Position numbers and translations under genes: made by a program | Part shown: piece after piece, positions 20,180-29,475 of the stretch | Position numbering within the stretch: position 1 is the stretch's first letter | How the letters are laid out: the number at the start of each line of letters is the position of its first letter | Virus record (IMG/VR): IMGVR_UViG_3300008267_000054 | Location: 32,001-96,000 of that record | Length of the DNA: 64,000 nucleotides | From: a virus | Direction: 5' to 3' (one strand) | Notes under the pieces: model-generated | Database searches by the model: none | The model's input: the letters and a program-made list of their open reading frames with translations, nothing else | Told to the model about the DNA's origin: nothing

Positions 20180-22047
20180 ACAGTTTAGCACGATATCTAA
20201 TTGAATCCCTAATTAAGGAAGCAAAGGGGGTCACAGTCCTACTTCCCGGCGGATTCAAACCACCCCATGCCGGACACTTAGAACTTGTAATGGCTTATTA
20301 TAGTCTACCACAAGTGTCTAATATAGTGATACTGGTAGGACCATCAGCACGAAACGGTGTAACAAGAGAGCAGTCTATTAAGATATGGAATATGCTCTTA
20401 AAAGACATACCAAACGTTGAGATAAAACCAACAGAGGTAGAATCACCATTAACAGCTGCATACAAGTATATTGAAACAGCACCTAAGGGAGCGTATGCAC
20501 TAGCATCAAGTAATAAAGGTGATGATTATATAAGAGTTAAAAAGTTTGTTGAAGATCATGGAGAAAATGGTAAGTATGCAAGACCAGGGATATCTGTTCA
20601 AGAGCTTCCAATGGATCCAAAACCTTTACTATATAAAAATCGTAATGATGAGTTTAAAGGAAAGGGTATAAGTGCATCTGTTTTAAGAAATGATATTAAG
20701 CAGAAAAATCTCAAAAACTTCCAAACAAACTATCCAGGAGTTCCAAGCGAAACTGTTTCCAATATCTTTAATATGCTTGTTAAGACTGTAAAAGAATCGG
20801 TTATGTTGACTGAGGGTGGAGGTGCCGGTCATCTAGCTCATCCATACGAAGACATGGATCTAACTTTCGCGGATATTGAAAGTATGATAGATGCAGCATT
20901 AGCTGGCAAACTTAATTTAGCACAAGAGAAGTTAGATGGCCAAAATTTAATGGTATCCTATAAAAATGGTGGATTAGTAGCTGCAAGAAACAAAGGACAG
21001 CTTAAAAACTATGGTGAAAACTCTTTAAGCATCGAACAGATGAAAAAGCAGTTTAGTAATAGAGGGCAAATACAAGTTGCTTTTGTTGAAGCAATGAGAG
21101 ATCTTGATAGTGCAATTAAAAATCTAAGTCCTCAAGAAAAAGAAGAAATCTTTCAAAACGGAAAAAACTTTATATCGTTAGAAGTACTTTACCCTGGCAC
21201 TGCAAATGTAATACCATATGGAGCAGCTCAGTTGAGATTACATCATGTTAAAACATACGATGAAAATGGTAATGTAGTTGATGAAACACAAGAGCCGGTA
21301 AAAAGATTGCAAGCAGCTTTAGAACAACAAAAGGCACAGAACCAAAAAACCTACCAAATTAGAGCAACAGATCCAGCAACAATCAAACCAGACCAAGATT
21401 ATGAAAGCAAGCGAAGTGAGTTTGTGCAGGAACTTGAGAAGCTAAGATCTAAGTATAACTTAAAGAGAGATGATAAAATGTCACTCTATTTTTACAATTG
21501 GTGGAAAGATTACATTACACAGAATGCTAAAGGATACAGGTACAAGATACCAGATCAAGTATTACAACTGCTAATCAATAGATGGGCATTTACTGATAAG
21601 ACAACATCTATCAAGCAAATATACAATTTAATTAAAAACGAAGACTTTAAAAATTGGGTTGTAAACTTTGATCGCACACAAGTTAATGATCAAAAGAAAA
21701 TAGCTGGTCGACCGGTAGAAATGTTATTTTTAAAACTCGGAGCTCGTATATTAAAAAATCTTGAGAACCTTGTAACTCTAAATCCTGATCAGTCAGTTAG
21801 ACAAATAAAAAAAGACCTCAATACATCAGTAGCTCAAATTAAACAAGCAGCTTCATCACCAGATTATGCAGATGGCGAAGCAGCTCTGAGATTTTTAAAG
21901 AGAGAACTTGAGCGTATAAAAGATATAGGTGGTATGAGCACAATTGTGCCAACTGAAGGTTTAGTGTTTACTTATAACGGAAAATTGTATAAGTTAACTG
22001 GTGCCTTTGCACCAATTAACCAAATACTAGGATACTTAAAATTCTAA
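20176..22047 (+). CDS. HxGH nucleotidyltransferase fused to a ligase-like (KxDG) domain
   Basis: PGGFKPPHAGH and ISASVLR are cytidylyltransferase-superfamily motifs. The second half has EKLDG, EGLVF and YKL, resembling ligase motifs I, IV and V. Confidence 0.7.
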   Translation: MNSLARYLIESLIKEAKGVTVLLPGGFKPPHAGHLELVMAYYSLPQVSNIVILVGPSARNGVTREQSIKIWNMLLKDIPNVEIKPTEVESPLTAAYKYIETAPKGAYALASSNKGDDYIRVKKFVEDHGENGKYARPGISVQELPMDPKPLLYKNRNDEFKGKGISASVLRNDIKQKNLKNFQTNYPGVPSETVSNIFNMLVKTVKESVMLTEGGGAGHLAHPYEDMDLTFADIESMIDAALAGKLNLAQEKLDGQNLMVSYKNGGLVAARNKGQLKNYGENSLSIEQMKKQFSNRGQIQVAFVEAMRDLDSAIKNLSPQEKEEIFQNGKNFISLEVLYPGTANVIPYGAAQLRLHHVKTYDENGNVVDETQEPVKRLQAALEQQKAQNQKTYQIRATDPATIKPDQDYESKRSEFVQELEKLRSKYNLKRDDKMSLYFYNWWKDYITQNAKGYRYKIPDQVLQLLINRWAFTDKTTSIKQIYNLIKNEDFKNWVVNFDRTQVNDQKKIAGRPVEMLFLKLGARILKNLENLVTLNPDQSVRQIKKDLNTSVAQIKQAASSPDYADGEAALRFLKRELERIKDIGGMSTIVPTEGLVFTYNGKLYKLTGAFAPINQILGYLKF

Positions 22048-22394
22048 TGATGAAATTAAAAAGCATATTACAAAAGGAAATACTCAAAGAAGAGGAAATT
22101 CCATTGGCTGAGAAAAAAGAGGTAATTGGTGCATCACCATTACTAAATCTCACCTTCCACCTAGACCACAAGTTCTCTAATGTTGGAGAAACTGGTAAAC
22201 CCGAATTAACTTTTACAATAAGTGTTAGTTCTACTGGAGGAAAGGAGTATTACAAGATTGTGTCTGATCAGGCTGAAAAAGAAAAGTTTGAACTAGCAGT
22301 AAGAAAGGAAATTAATAAAGCTGCAAAAAGACTCAATAAGAATATGGAGTATATTGTTGAGAAGTATCAATTAAAACCAAGAGCAGAAGAATAA
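22047..22394 (+). CDS. Hypothetical protein with an MKLKxIL leader
   Basis: Translationally coupled ORF; N-terminus MMKLKSILQKEILKE. Confidence 0.6.
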   Translation: MMKLKSILQKEILKEEEIPLAEKKEVIGASPLLNLTFHLDHKFSNVGETGKPELTFTISVSSTGGKEYYKIVSDQAEKEKFELAVRKEINKAAKRLNKNMEYIVEKYQLKPRAEE

Positions 22395-22399
22395 ACTAT

Positions 22400-22852
22400 A
22401 TGTTACGACAAGAAGGAGATATCTGGACAGAAAAAGGAAAAACTTGGACCATTAAGAATGGTATCAAGAGAACTGTTAGTAAATTTTCACAAGTACGAAA
22501 AGACTTGCAAACACCACTTTGCTGCCCAAATTGCAGTAAGACAATTAACCGTGTAGACGAAAAGTTTTACAAATTTAATAAGATGTGTTTGGACTGTACC
22601 ATTGAATTTGAGCATGAGTTGCTTAAACAAGATAAGTACCAAGATTATGAGCGTGCACGAGTGTTAGCAAATGTTAAAGGATGTGTAGATGATTTAGATG
22701 TGTATTTTAATGAGTATTTTCAAAACGCATCAAACAAATCGTATGTTACAGAAGATGGAGAGGTTGAAACATGGACTGGTAACTCTGTAAAAAGAGTTGA
22801 AGAAATTGTTAAACCCGAACTAGATAAACTGAAACAGCAATTTGAAAAATAG
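22400..22852 (+). CDS. Zinc-finger protein
   Basis: CPNC...CLDC. Confidence 0.6.
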   Translation: MLRQEGDIWTEKGKTWTIKNGIKRTVSKFSQVRKDLQTPLCCPNCSKTINRVDEKFYKFNKMCLDCTIEFEHELLKQDKYQDYERARVLANVKGCVDDLDVYFNEYFQNASNKSYVTEDGEVETWTGNSVKRVEEIVKPELDKLKQQFEK

Positions 22853-22855
22853 CAT

Positions 22856-23464
22856 ATGAAAATACCAGTTGAATGGATTCCAATTTTAGCAGCATTTATA
22901 ACCGGAATATTCGGACCGATTATAGTACGCTTTGCAGCAAAGAAGTTTGAGTCAACAAAAGATCCCTTAAATGATGCTTTTGTGTTTGGTGAAAAGGTAG
23001 AGGAGAAATTATATAGTATGCTTGAAGAATATCAAGCTGATAGAATTTACATTCTACAATTTCACAATGGTGGTCATTATTACCCTACAGGCAAAAGCAT
23101 ACAAAAATTCAGTATGTTTTATGAGGTAACTAAAGACACAAAATACTCAATAAGAAACAATTTTCAGAACATACCAGTACATCTTTTTTCAAAAAGCTTG
23201 AAACAACTATCCGAACACAACTTTATAGCAATAGACGATTATAAGGATCCAACTGTAGCAACATTTGGATTAAAGTATATTGCTGAGGAGAGTGGTACAA
23301 AATCATCATATTTATTTACAGTAAGGAATATTGAAGATAGATTAATAGCTGTTATGGGTTTTGATTTCTATAAAAAGAATGCATTAGCACATGATAAAAC
23401 AACTGAACTACAGATAGAAGCAGCTGCTATCGGTGGTGAACTTGCAAAATACTTAAAGAAATGA
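22856..23464 (+). CDS. Membrane-anchored GAF-like protein, holin candidate
   Basis: One N-terminal hydrophobic helix (WIPILAAFITGIFGPIIV) then ADRIYILQFHNG...LIAVMGFDF, a GAF-like pattern. This is the architecture of T4 holin T. Confidence 0.45.
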   Translation: MKIPVEWIPILAAFITGIFGPIIVRFAAKKFESTKDPLNDAFVFGEKVEEKLYSMLEEYQADRIYILQFHNGGHYYPTGKSIQKFSMFYEVTKDTKYSIRNNFQNIPVHLFSKSLKQLSEHNFIAIDDYKDPTVATFGLKYIAEESGTKSSYLFTVRNIEDRLIAVMGFDFYKKNALAHDKTTELQIEAAAIGGELAKYLKK

Positions 23465-23895
23465 CATCAGAAGAATCAAAAGGACTTTGGCACAACATAA
23501 GAGCAAAAAGAGCTCGTGGTGAAAAGCCTGCTCCAAAAGGATCAGAGGAGTACAATAAAGCAGTGGCAGCAGCTAAAAAAATAAATGCCGATGAAGAAGT
23601 GACCATCTGTGAAAAATGTGCAGTGGCTCTTTTAGAAGATATCAAGGCTGGTTTATTTGAAGCTGAGTACCAAGGTCGAGATGTCGCGCTTAATAAACCT
23701 ATGAGAGGTGATGTTAAGAAGTTTAAGGTGTATGTTAAAAAGGGTGACAAGGTTGTGAAAGTTAACTTTGGTGATCCTAACATGAGAATAAAAAAGTCTA
23801 ATCCTGAACGTAGAAAATCATTTAGAGCTAGGCACAATTGTGATAACCCTGGACCAAAAACTAAAGCTAGATACTGGTCCTGCAGAAAATGGTAA
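23461..23895 (+). CDS. Basic phage protein, probably head-associated or nucleic-acid binding
   Basis: KVNFGDPNM...RRKSFRARHNC...ARYWSCRKW domain preceded by a GLFE/A site. Confidence 0.65.
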   Translation: MTSEESKGLWHNIRAKRARGEKPAPKGSEEYNKAVAAAKKINADEEVTICEKCAVALLEDIKAGLFEAEYQGRDVALNKPMRGDVKKFKVYVKKGDKVVKVNFGDPNMRIKKSNPERRKSFRARHNCDNPGPKTKARYWSCRKW

Positions 23896-23896
23896 C

Positions 23897-24193
23897 ATGC
23901 CGTACAAATATAAAAAAGTAGGAGACGAGTATGTCGTATACAAAAAATCAGGTGAGAGAGTTGGTGCAACTGCTGGTAATAAAGAAGCATTGCGTAAGTA
24001 TCTTGCCGCATTACATATAAACGCTAAAGAAAATACAACTATGACAAAAGAACAACAACTTCGTGAATACATCCGCAAAGAAATTAAAAAGGCTTTGAAA
24101 GAGGAAGAAGCAAAGCCGGATTACTTGGATGCTGATAAGGATGGTGATAAAAAAGAGCCAATGAAAAAAGCTTTTAAAGATAAAGAAAAATAA
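23897..24193 (+). CDS. Small protein with an LREYIRKEI motif and a DxDxDG loop
   Basis: ATG at 23897 follows the previous stop; KPDYLDADKDGDKKE. Confidence 0.6.
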   Translation: MPYKYKKVGDEYVVYKKSGERVGATAGNKEALRKYLAALHINAKENTTMTKEQQLREYIRKEIKKALKEEEAKPDYLDADKDGDKKEPMKKAFKDKEK

Positions 24194-24501
24194 TGATAAA
24201 GCTCAAATCTTTATTAAAAGAAGAGATGACTAATTTGGGTGGAATGAAAATTCCAATCCAACTTGTAGATCTTTATTTTGCATTGGAAAAATGTCCAAAG
24301 GGCAACATATACGCATCTGCTCAAGATCAAACTAGATTATTTAAAGCTTTGAGTAAATTTGGAGAAACCGCGGTTGTACAACCACTACTAAACAAAATTA
24401 ATAATGTTTATGGTGAAAAGGGTTTTTATCTACTTAACCAGCAGGAAATTGATCCAACTAAACCAATAATGTTTCACTACATACCAAATGATCAAGCTTA
24501 A
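24193..24501 (+). CDS. Hypothetical protein with an MIKLKSLLKE leader
   Basis: Coupled ORF with the shared N-terminal motif. Confidence 0.6.
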   Translation: MIKLKSLLKEEMTNLGGMKIPIQLVDLYFALEKCPKGNIYASAQDQTRLFKALSKFGETAVVQPLLNKINNVYGEKGFYLLNQQEIDPTKPIMFHYIPNDQA

Positions 24502-24730
24502 AGAAATTTTAGACGAAAAGAAGGAAGTTTATGTTCCTTATATGTACTCCAAGGATGGATTTGGATGTCATGTATGTAAGTTCTATTACAAAGAGGGTAA
24601 TACCCATATGTGTAATAACGTTGATTACGTTAAGTATAATAAGGGTAGTGAGGTGTTGGTAGATAATAATGGTAAACCTATAACGGATCCATCTAAGTGG
24701 TGTTCTAACTGGTTTAAACCAAATGATTAA
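24488..24730 (+). CDS. Small four-cysteine protein (HiPIP-like spacing) with an MIKLKEILDE leader
   Basis: CHVCKFY...C...WCSNW. Confidence 0.55.
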   Translation: MIKLKEILDEKKEVYVPYMYSKDGFGCHVCKFYYKEGNTHMCNNVDYVKYNKGSEVLVDNNGKPITDPSKWCSNWFKPND

Positions 24731-25229
24731 GTTAAGCAATATACTAGAGACTACTAATAAGGGATACACAATCTATTGTGATATGGATGGTGTACTTTGT
24801 GATTTCAACGCCGCTTACAGGGATCTATCGGGAGGATACACATTTGATGAGTATATTCAAGAGTATGACGTTCGAGCAGCATGGAAATTAATAAATGATG
24901 AAGGTGCTGAATGGTGGGCAAATCTACCATGGATGCCGGGAGGAGAGCAGTTATGGAAAACAATAAAGAAATACAAACCAACTCTACTATCAGCTCCATC
25001 TGCAGACCCATCAAGTATTGAAGGTAAAAAGCAGTGGATAAATAAACACTTAGGTTATCAAAAAGCAATATTTGTACCAGCAAAGATGAAACAAAAATAC
25101 GCTGATCAGTATAGCATACTAATTGATGATTATATTAGAAACGTTGAACAGTGGGGAGCAAAAGGTGGTATTGCAATTATGCATGTTGATTTAAACACAA
25201 CATTAAATGAATTACGACCATATTTATAA
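24723..25229 (+). CDS. HAD-family 5'(3')-nucleotidase-like phosphatase
   Basis: IYCDMDGVLCDF (motif I), LSAP, GKKQW and LIDDY (motif IV). Confidence 0.85.
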   Translation: MIKLSNILETTNKGYTIYCDMDGVLCDFNAAYRDLSGGYTFDEYIQEYDVRAAWKLINDEGAEWWANLPWMPGGEQLWKTIKKYKPTLLSAPSADPSSIEGKKQWINKHLGYQKAIFVPAKMKQKYADQYSILIDDYIRNVEQWGAKGGIAIMHVDLNTTLNELRPYL

Positions 25230-25241
25230 AAAACATATAAG

Positions 25242-25505
25242 ATGAATAAAAATCCCAAACTATATAATGCAGTGATGAAAAAGGACTTGCAGCTAAGTCC
25301 AGAATTACTTAATCTCATTGACGATCAAACACAAGACATGGATCTACAAGTAATCTCTAAAGGATGGGTTGCAGATACAATTGAGATGTTAAAAGATACA
25401 GAATTAATACGCACCGATGACGAGTATGATGAAAACCTTGTTACTGAGTTGGCTGAATTAGCGAGACTAATGATTGAAAAAAGAATTCAAGTAATCGTAT
25501 TATGA
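25242..25505 (+). CDS. Hypothetical acidic protein
   Basis: ORF with TATTTATA upstream at 25221. Confidence 0.55.
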   Translation: MNKNPKLYNAVMKKDLQLSPELLNLIDDQTQDMDLQVISKGWVADTIEMLKDTELIRTDDEYDENLVTELAELARLMIEKRIQVIVL

Positions 25506-25681
25506 AATTAAAAAACCTACTACCGATCCGAGAGGCAAAAGAGGAAATGACAGACGCAACGGTTTGTAAGATGAAACTAAAGGATGGCAGAGTTGAACAT
25601 ATTATGTTTGATGACAAGGATAAGAAGAACTTTGATGCTAAGACAACTAAATTTTTAGAAATTTATAAAGATGCGAAATAA
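25502..25681 (+). CDS. 59-aa protein missing from the ORF track (MKLKNLLPIREAKEE...)
   Basis: Translated by hand. It overlaps both neighbours, fills the gap and carries the shared leader. Confidence 0.65.
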   Translation: MKLKNLLPIREAKEEMTDATVCKMKLKDGRVEHIMFDDKDKKNFDAKTTKFLEIYKDAK

Positions 25682-26006
25682 ATCCAAAATACAAGAAAAC
25701 CAATTTCGTGCGTTAGTTCGTAATGAAATTGCTAAAATAATGAAAGAACAAGAAGATGAGCAAATTCCAAGCAAGGAGAAAGGAGCTGATCAAAAGGCTC
25801 CTGAAGAGGAAAAGCCTAAAAAAGATCGTGGTGAGGCACTTGAAAAAATCACCTACTCATACACAAGAGCTTTAAAAAACAATTTACAACAGCTATCCTC
25901 AGAAGAGCTAGCAGAAGTAATGGATTCAATATTAGACCATTTTGGATTTGGTAAAGATGGTAAGATGGATGTTCTTAGAACATTAAAGAACAAGATCCAA
26001 TATTAA
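25671..26006 (+). CDS. Hypothetical protein with an FRALVRNEIAKIMKE motif
   Basis: ORF directly before the terminase. A small-terminase role cannot be supported from the sequence. Confidence 0.6.
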   Translation: MRNKSKIQENQFRALVRNEIAKIMKEQEDEQIPSKEKGADQKAPEEEKPKKDRGEALEKITYSYTRALKNNLQQLSSEELAEVMDSILDHFGFGKDGKMDVLRTLKNKIQY

Positions 26007-26029
26007 TTTAGATAGGTTACAGTAGGACT

Positions 26030-27610
26030 ATGAGCGAACAGCAAAAGTCTATAAAAGAAATTATACGGGAAGAGTATAAGAAGTGTGCAACAGACCCAGC
26101 ATACTTTATGAAAAAGTACTGTGTAATTCAGCACCCAACAAAAGGTAAAATTCCATTTCAACTATTTCCATACCAGGAAGATGCTATTAGCAAATTTAAT
26201 GAGTATGATAGAAATATTATTTTAAAATCTAGACAGCTTGGTATATCAACGCTAATTGCTGGATACTCACTGTGGATGATTCTTTTCAACAATGATAAGA
26301 ATATACTTGTTGTTGCAATAGATCAACAAACATCCAAAAACCTTGTAACAAAGGTTAGAGTGATGTATGAAAATTTACCTTCCTGGCTAAGATTAAAATC
26401 AGCAGAGGATAATAAACTATCATTACGTTTAGTCAATGGTTCACAAATTAAGGCAGTTGCATCAACCGGAACATCTGGTCGTTCAGAAGCTTTATCACTT
26501 GTAATTATTGATGAAGCTGCTTTCGTAGACAATGCAGAGGAGTTGTGGGCATCACTACAACAAACACTTTCAACCGGTGGTAGAGGTATTATTTTATCAA
26601 CACCAAATGGAACAGGAAACTTTTTTCACAAACTTTGGACTGCAGCTGAATCAGGTCAAAACAAATTCAACACACTTAGACTACCTTGGCAAGTACATCC
26701 TGAAAGGGACATAAATTGGAGAAAGCGACAAGATGAGGAGTTAGGAATAAGATTAGCTGCACAGGAATGTGACTGTGACTTCTCTACATCCGGTAATACT
26801 GTTATTGATCCAGTGATACTTGGAGAAATACTGAAATCATCTGTCAAGGATCCACTATACACAAGAGGGTTTGATAATAATTTGTGGGTATGGCAACAAC
26901 CAGACTACTCAAAGGATTATATTGTAACAGCTGACGTAGCAAGAGGTGATGGTAGTGACTACTCAGGATTCCACGTAATAGAGGTGGAGTCTATGGAACA
27001 AGTAGCAGAATACAAAGGCCAACTATCAACTAAGGACTACGGTAATATGCTTGTATCGATTGCAACTGAATACAATGATGCATTACTTGTGGTAGAAAAT
27101 GCTAACGTAGGTTGGGCAACAATAGATCAAATTATTACAAGAGGTTACAAAAATCTATACTATAGTTACAAAGATAATCTATTTGATTCAGATGCTTTTT
27201 TAACAAGAGGATACGATATTGCTAATAAATCTGACATGGTCGCTGGATTTACTATGAGTCATAAGATCAGACCGCTTGCAATATCGAAAATGGATTTGTA
27301 TATTAGAGAAAGAGTTTGCACAATTCGTAGCAGGAGATTGATTGATGAGTTACTTGTGTTTGTATGGAAAAACGATAAGGCACAAGCTCAAAGTGGATAT
27401 AATGATGACTTAGTGTTGTCATATGCACAAGGCATGTGGGTTCGTGACACGGCTTTAAAATTAAGACAAGCTGGTATCGAGTTGAATAAGATGGCAGTCT
27501 CAAATATTCAAAAAACAATGGCGATCAGAACGACCAATAACCTTAATACTAACCCCTGGAAAGTTGAAACAAAAAATGGTAACCAGGAAGATATTACTTG
27601 GTTATTATAG
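26030..27610 (+). CDS. terL: Terminase large subunit (T4 gp17-like)
   Basis: KSRQLGIST Walker A, IIDEAAF Walker B, LSTPNG coupling motif, ADVARG and NDDL nuclease motifs. Confidence 0.95.
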   Translation: MSEQQKSIKEIIREEYKKCATDPAYFMKKYCVIQHPTKGKIPFQLFPYQEDAISKFNEYDRNIILKSRQLGISTLIAGYSLWMILFNNDKNILVVAIDQQTSKNLVTKVRVMYENLPSWLRLKSAEDNKLSLRLVNGSQIKAVASTGTSGRSEALSLVIIDEAAFVDNAEELWASLQQTLSTGGRGIILSTPNGTGNFFHKLWTAAESGQNKFNTLRLPWQVHPERDINWRKRQDEELGIRLAAQECDCDFSTSGNTVIDPVILGEILKSSVKDPLYTRGFDNNLWVWQQPDYSKDYIVTADVARGDGSDYSGFHVIEVESMEQVAEYKGQLSTKDYGNMLVSIATEYNDALLVVENANVGWATIDQIITRGYKNLYYSYKDNLFDSDAFLTRGYDIANKSDMVAGFTMSHKIRPLAISKMDLYIRERVCTIRSRRLIDELLVFVWKNDKAQAQSGYNDDLVLSYAQGMWVRDTALKLRQAGIELNKMAVSNIQKTMAIRTTNNLNTNPWKVETKNGNQEDITWLL

Positions 27611-27639
27611 TTCGTGCCATATTTATAAAAAAAGTATAG

Positions 27640-29460
27640 ATGGCCGAAAACAATTTATTTAACAGGCTTAAAAAATTATTTAGCACTGACGTAATCATTA
27701 GAAACGTTGGTGGTAATCAGTTAAAGGTTATTGATACCGATAGAATTCAATCGGCGGGTAATATTGAAACTAATAGACGTGTCGATAGATGGTCTAGAGT
27801 ATATCAACATACCCCAGGATTAAGTTACTATCAAGGACAGTTACTACACAGTTCACGTATAGAATTGTTTCGTGATTACGAAGCCATGGATACGGACAGT
27901 ATTATAGCCAGCGCATTAGATATATACGCAGATGAATGTACATCGAGAGATGAGTTTGGAGACGTATTAACAATCAGAACGCAAAACGAAAGAGTTTACA
28001 AAGTTTTGCGTAATCTATTTTATGATGTGCTTAACATTGAGTTCAATATGTGGCCGTGGACTCGCAATATGCTAAAGTATGGTGATTTTTATCTACACCT
28101 AAATATAGCAGATAAGTTTGGGGTAATTGGTGTTGATCCAATATCAGCTTACGAGATTATTAGAGATGAAATGTTTGATCCTGAGAATCCACACAGAGTG
28201 AGATTTAAAAGAGACGTTTCAGCTATTAGTGGCTATGCTACTATCAACCAAAATGGTGAAGAGTATGATAACTATGAAATAGCACACTTTCGTTTATTAA
28301 CTGATACCAATTTCTTACCATATGGTCGATCTATAATTGAACCTTCTAGAAAAGTTTGGAAACAGATTGTACTGATGGAAGATGCGATGTTGATTCATCG
28401 TATTATGAGAGCTCCAGATAAGAGAGTTTTTAAAATTGATATTGGTAATATCCCACCAAATGAAGTAGATGCGTTTATGGAACTTACCATAAACAAAATG
28501 AAAAAGGTTCCATACATGGATCCCGAAACTGGTCAATACAATTTGAAGTTTAACATGCAGAACATGATGGAAGACTTTTACTTACCGGTTCGTGGTGGTG
28601 AAAGCGGTACAACTATCGACAATCTGACCGGTTTAAATTTTGATAGCATTCAAGATATTGAATACCTAAAGAATAGGTTGTTAGGTTCCTTAAAAATACC
28701 AAAAGCATATTTGGGATATGAAGAGGATACAAGTGGTAAAGCAACGTTAGCATCTCAAGATTTTAGATTTGCTAGAACTATCGAGAGAGTGCAGCGTATT
28801 ATGGTGTCTGAACTATATAAGATAGCTGTAATTCACTTATACGCACAAGGATTTAAGGATGATGAGGTTGTAGATTTTGAGTTGAGCTTTACGGCACCAT
28901 CTACAGTATATGAAAAGGAGAAGGTTGAATTGTGGACCAGTAAAATGACATTGGCTGGTGACATGATGGACAAAAAGCTCTTTAGCAAAGAGTGGATATA
29001 TGAAAACCTATTTAATCTATCACCTGAGCAGTATGCTAAGGAAATGGAAAAGATGGTTGTGGATAGTAAAGAATTCTTCCGTCTCGAGCAAATTAAAAAC
29101 GAAGGTAATGACCCAGTAAAAACAGGTCAATCCTTTGGAACAGCACATGATCTTGCATCCTTATATAAGGGTAATGGAGGTATACCAAAAGGCTATGATG
29201 AAAGAGAGCCTGCACCTGATGGTGGATGGCCAGGAGCTGGTCGACCAGAAGAACCCGGATCATATGGTACACACCAACATCCACTTGGATGGGATCCACT
29301 TGGCTCAAAAGCAATAAGAAAAGTTTATGAGAGAGCAGATGCTATGACAGCTGCTGGCAGACTAAAAGACTTCAAAAGTAAGGCTGTAAAGCAAACTATA
29401 TTGGAGCAAAAAAGTACGCAAGAAGGTATGTTGGACGAATCTGGACTATTAGATGAATAA
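27640..29460 (+). CDS. gp20: Portal protein (T4 gp20-like)
   Basis: LMEDAMLIHRIMRAPDKRVFKIDIGN, MMEDFYLPVRG and LKIPKAYL motifs; follows terL. Confidence 0.93.
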   Translation: MAENNLFNRLKKLFSTDVIIRNVGGNQLKVIDTDRIQSAGNIETNRRVDRWSRVYQHTPGLSYYQGQLLHSSRIELFRDYEAMDTDSIIASALDIYADECTSRDEFGDVLTIRTQNERVYKVLRNLFYDVLNIEFNMWPWTRNMLKYGDFYLHLNIADKFGVIGVDPISAYEIIRDEMFDPENPHRVRFKRDVSAISGYATINQNGEEYDNYEIAHFRLLTDTNFLPYGRSIIEPSRKVWKQIVLMEDAMLIHRIMRAPDKRVFKIDIGNIPPNEVDAFMELTINKMKKVPYMDPETGQYNLKFNMQNMMEDFYLPVRGGESGTTIDNLTGLNFDSIQDIEYLKNRLLGSLKIPKAYLGYEEDTSGKATLASQDFRFARTIERVQRIMVSELYKIAVIHLYAQGFKDDEVVDFELSFTAPSTVYEKEKVELWTSKMTLAGDMMDKKLFSKEWIYENLFNLSPEQYAKEMEKMVVDSKEFFRLEQIKNEGNDPVKTGQSFGTAHDLASLYKGNGGIPKGYDEREPAPDGGWPGAGRPEEPGSYGTHQHPLGWDPLGSKAIRKVYERADAMTAAGRLKDFKSKAVKQTILEQKSTQEGMLDESGLLDE

Positions 29461-29475
29461 ACGATATTTATATAC

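Noticed and set aside
22400-26006. Assigning a small terminase subunit upstream of terL
   Set aside because: No ORF here shows recognisable small-terminase features; position alone is insufficient.
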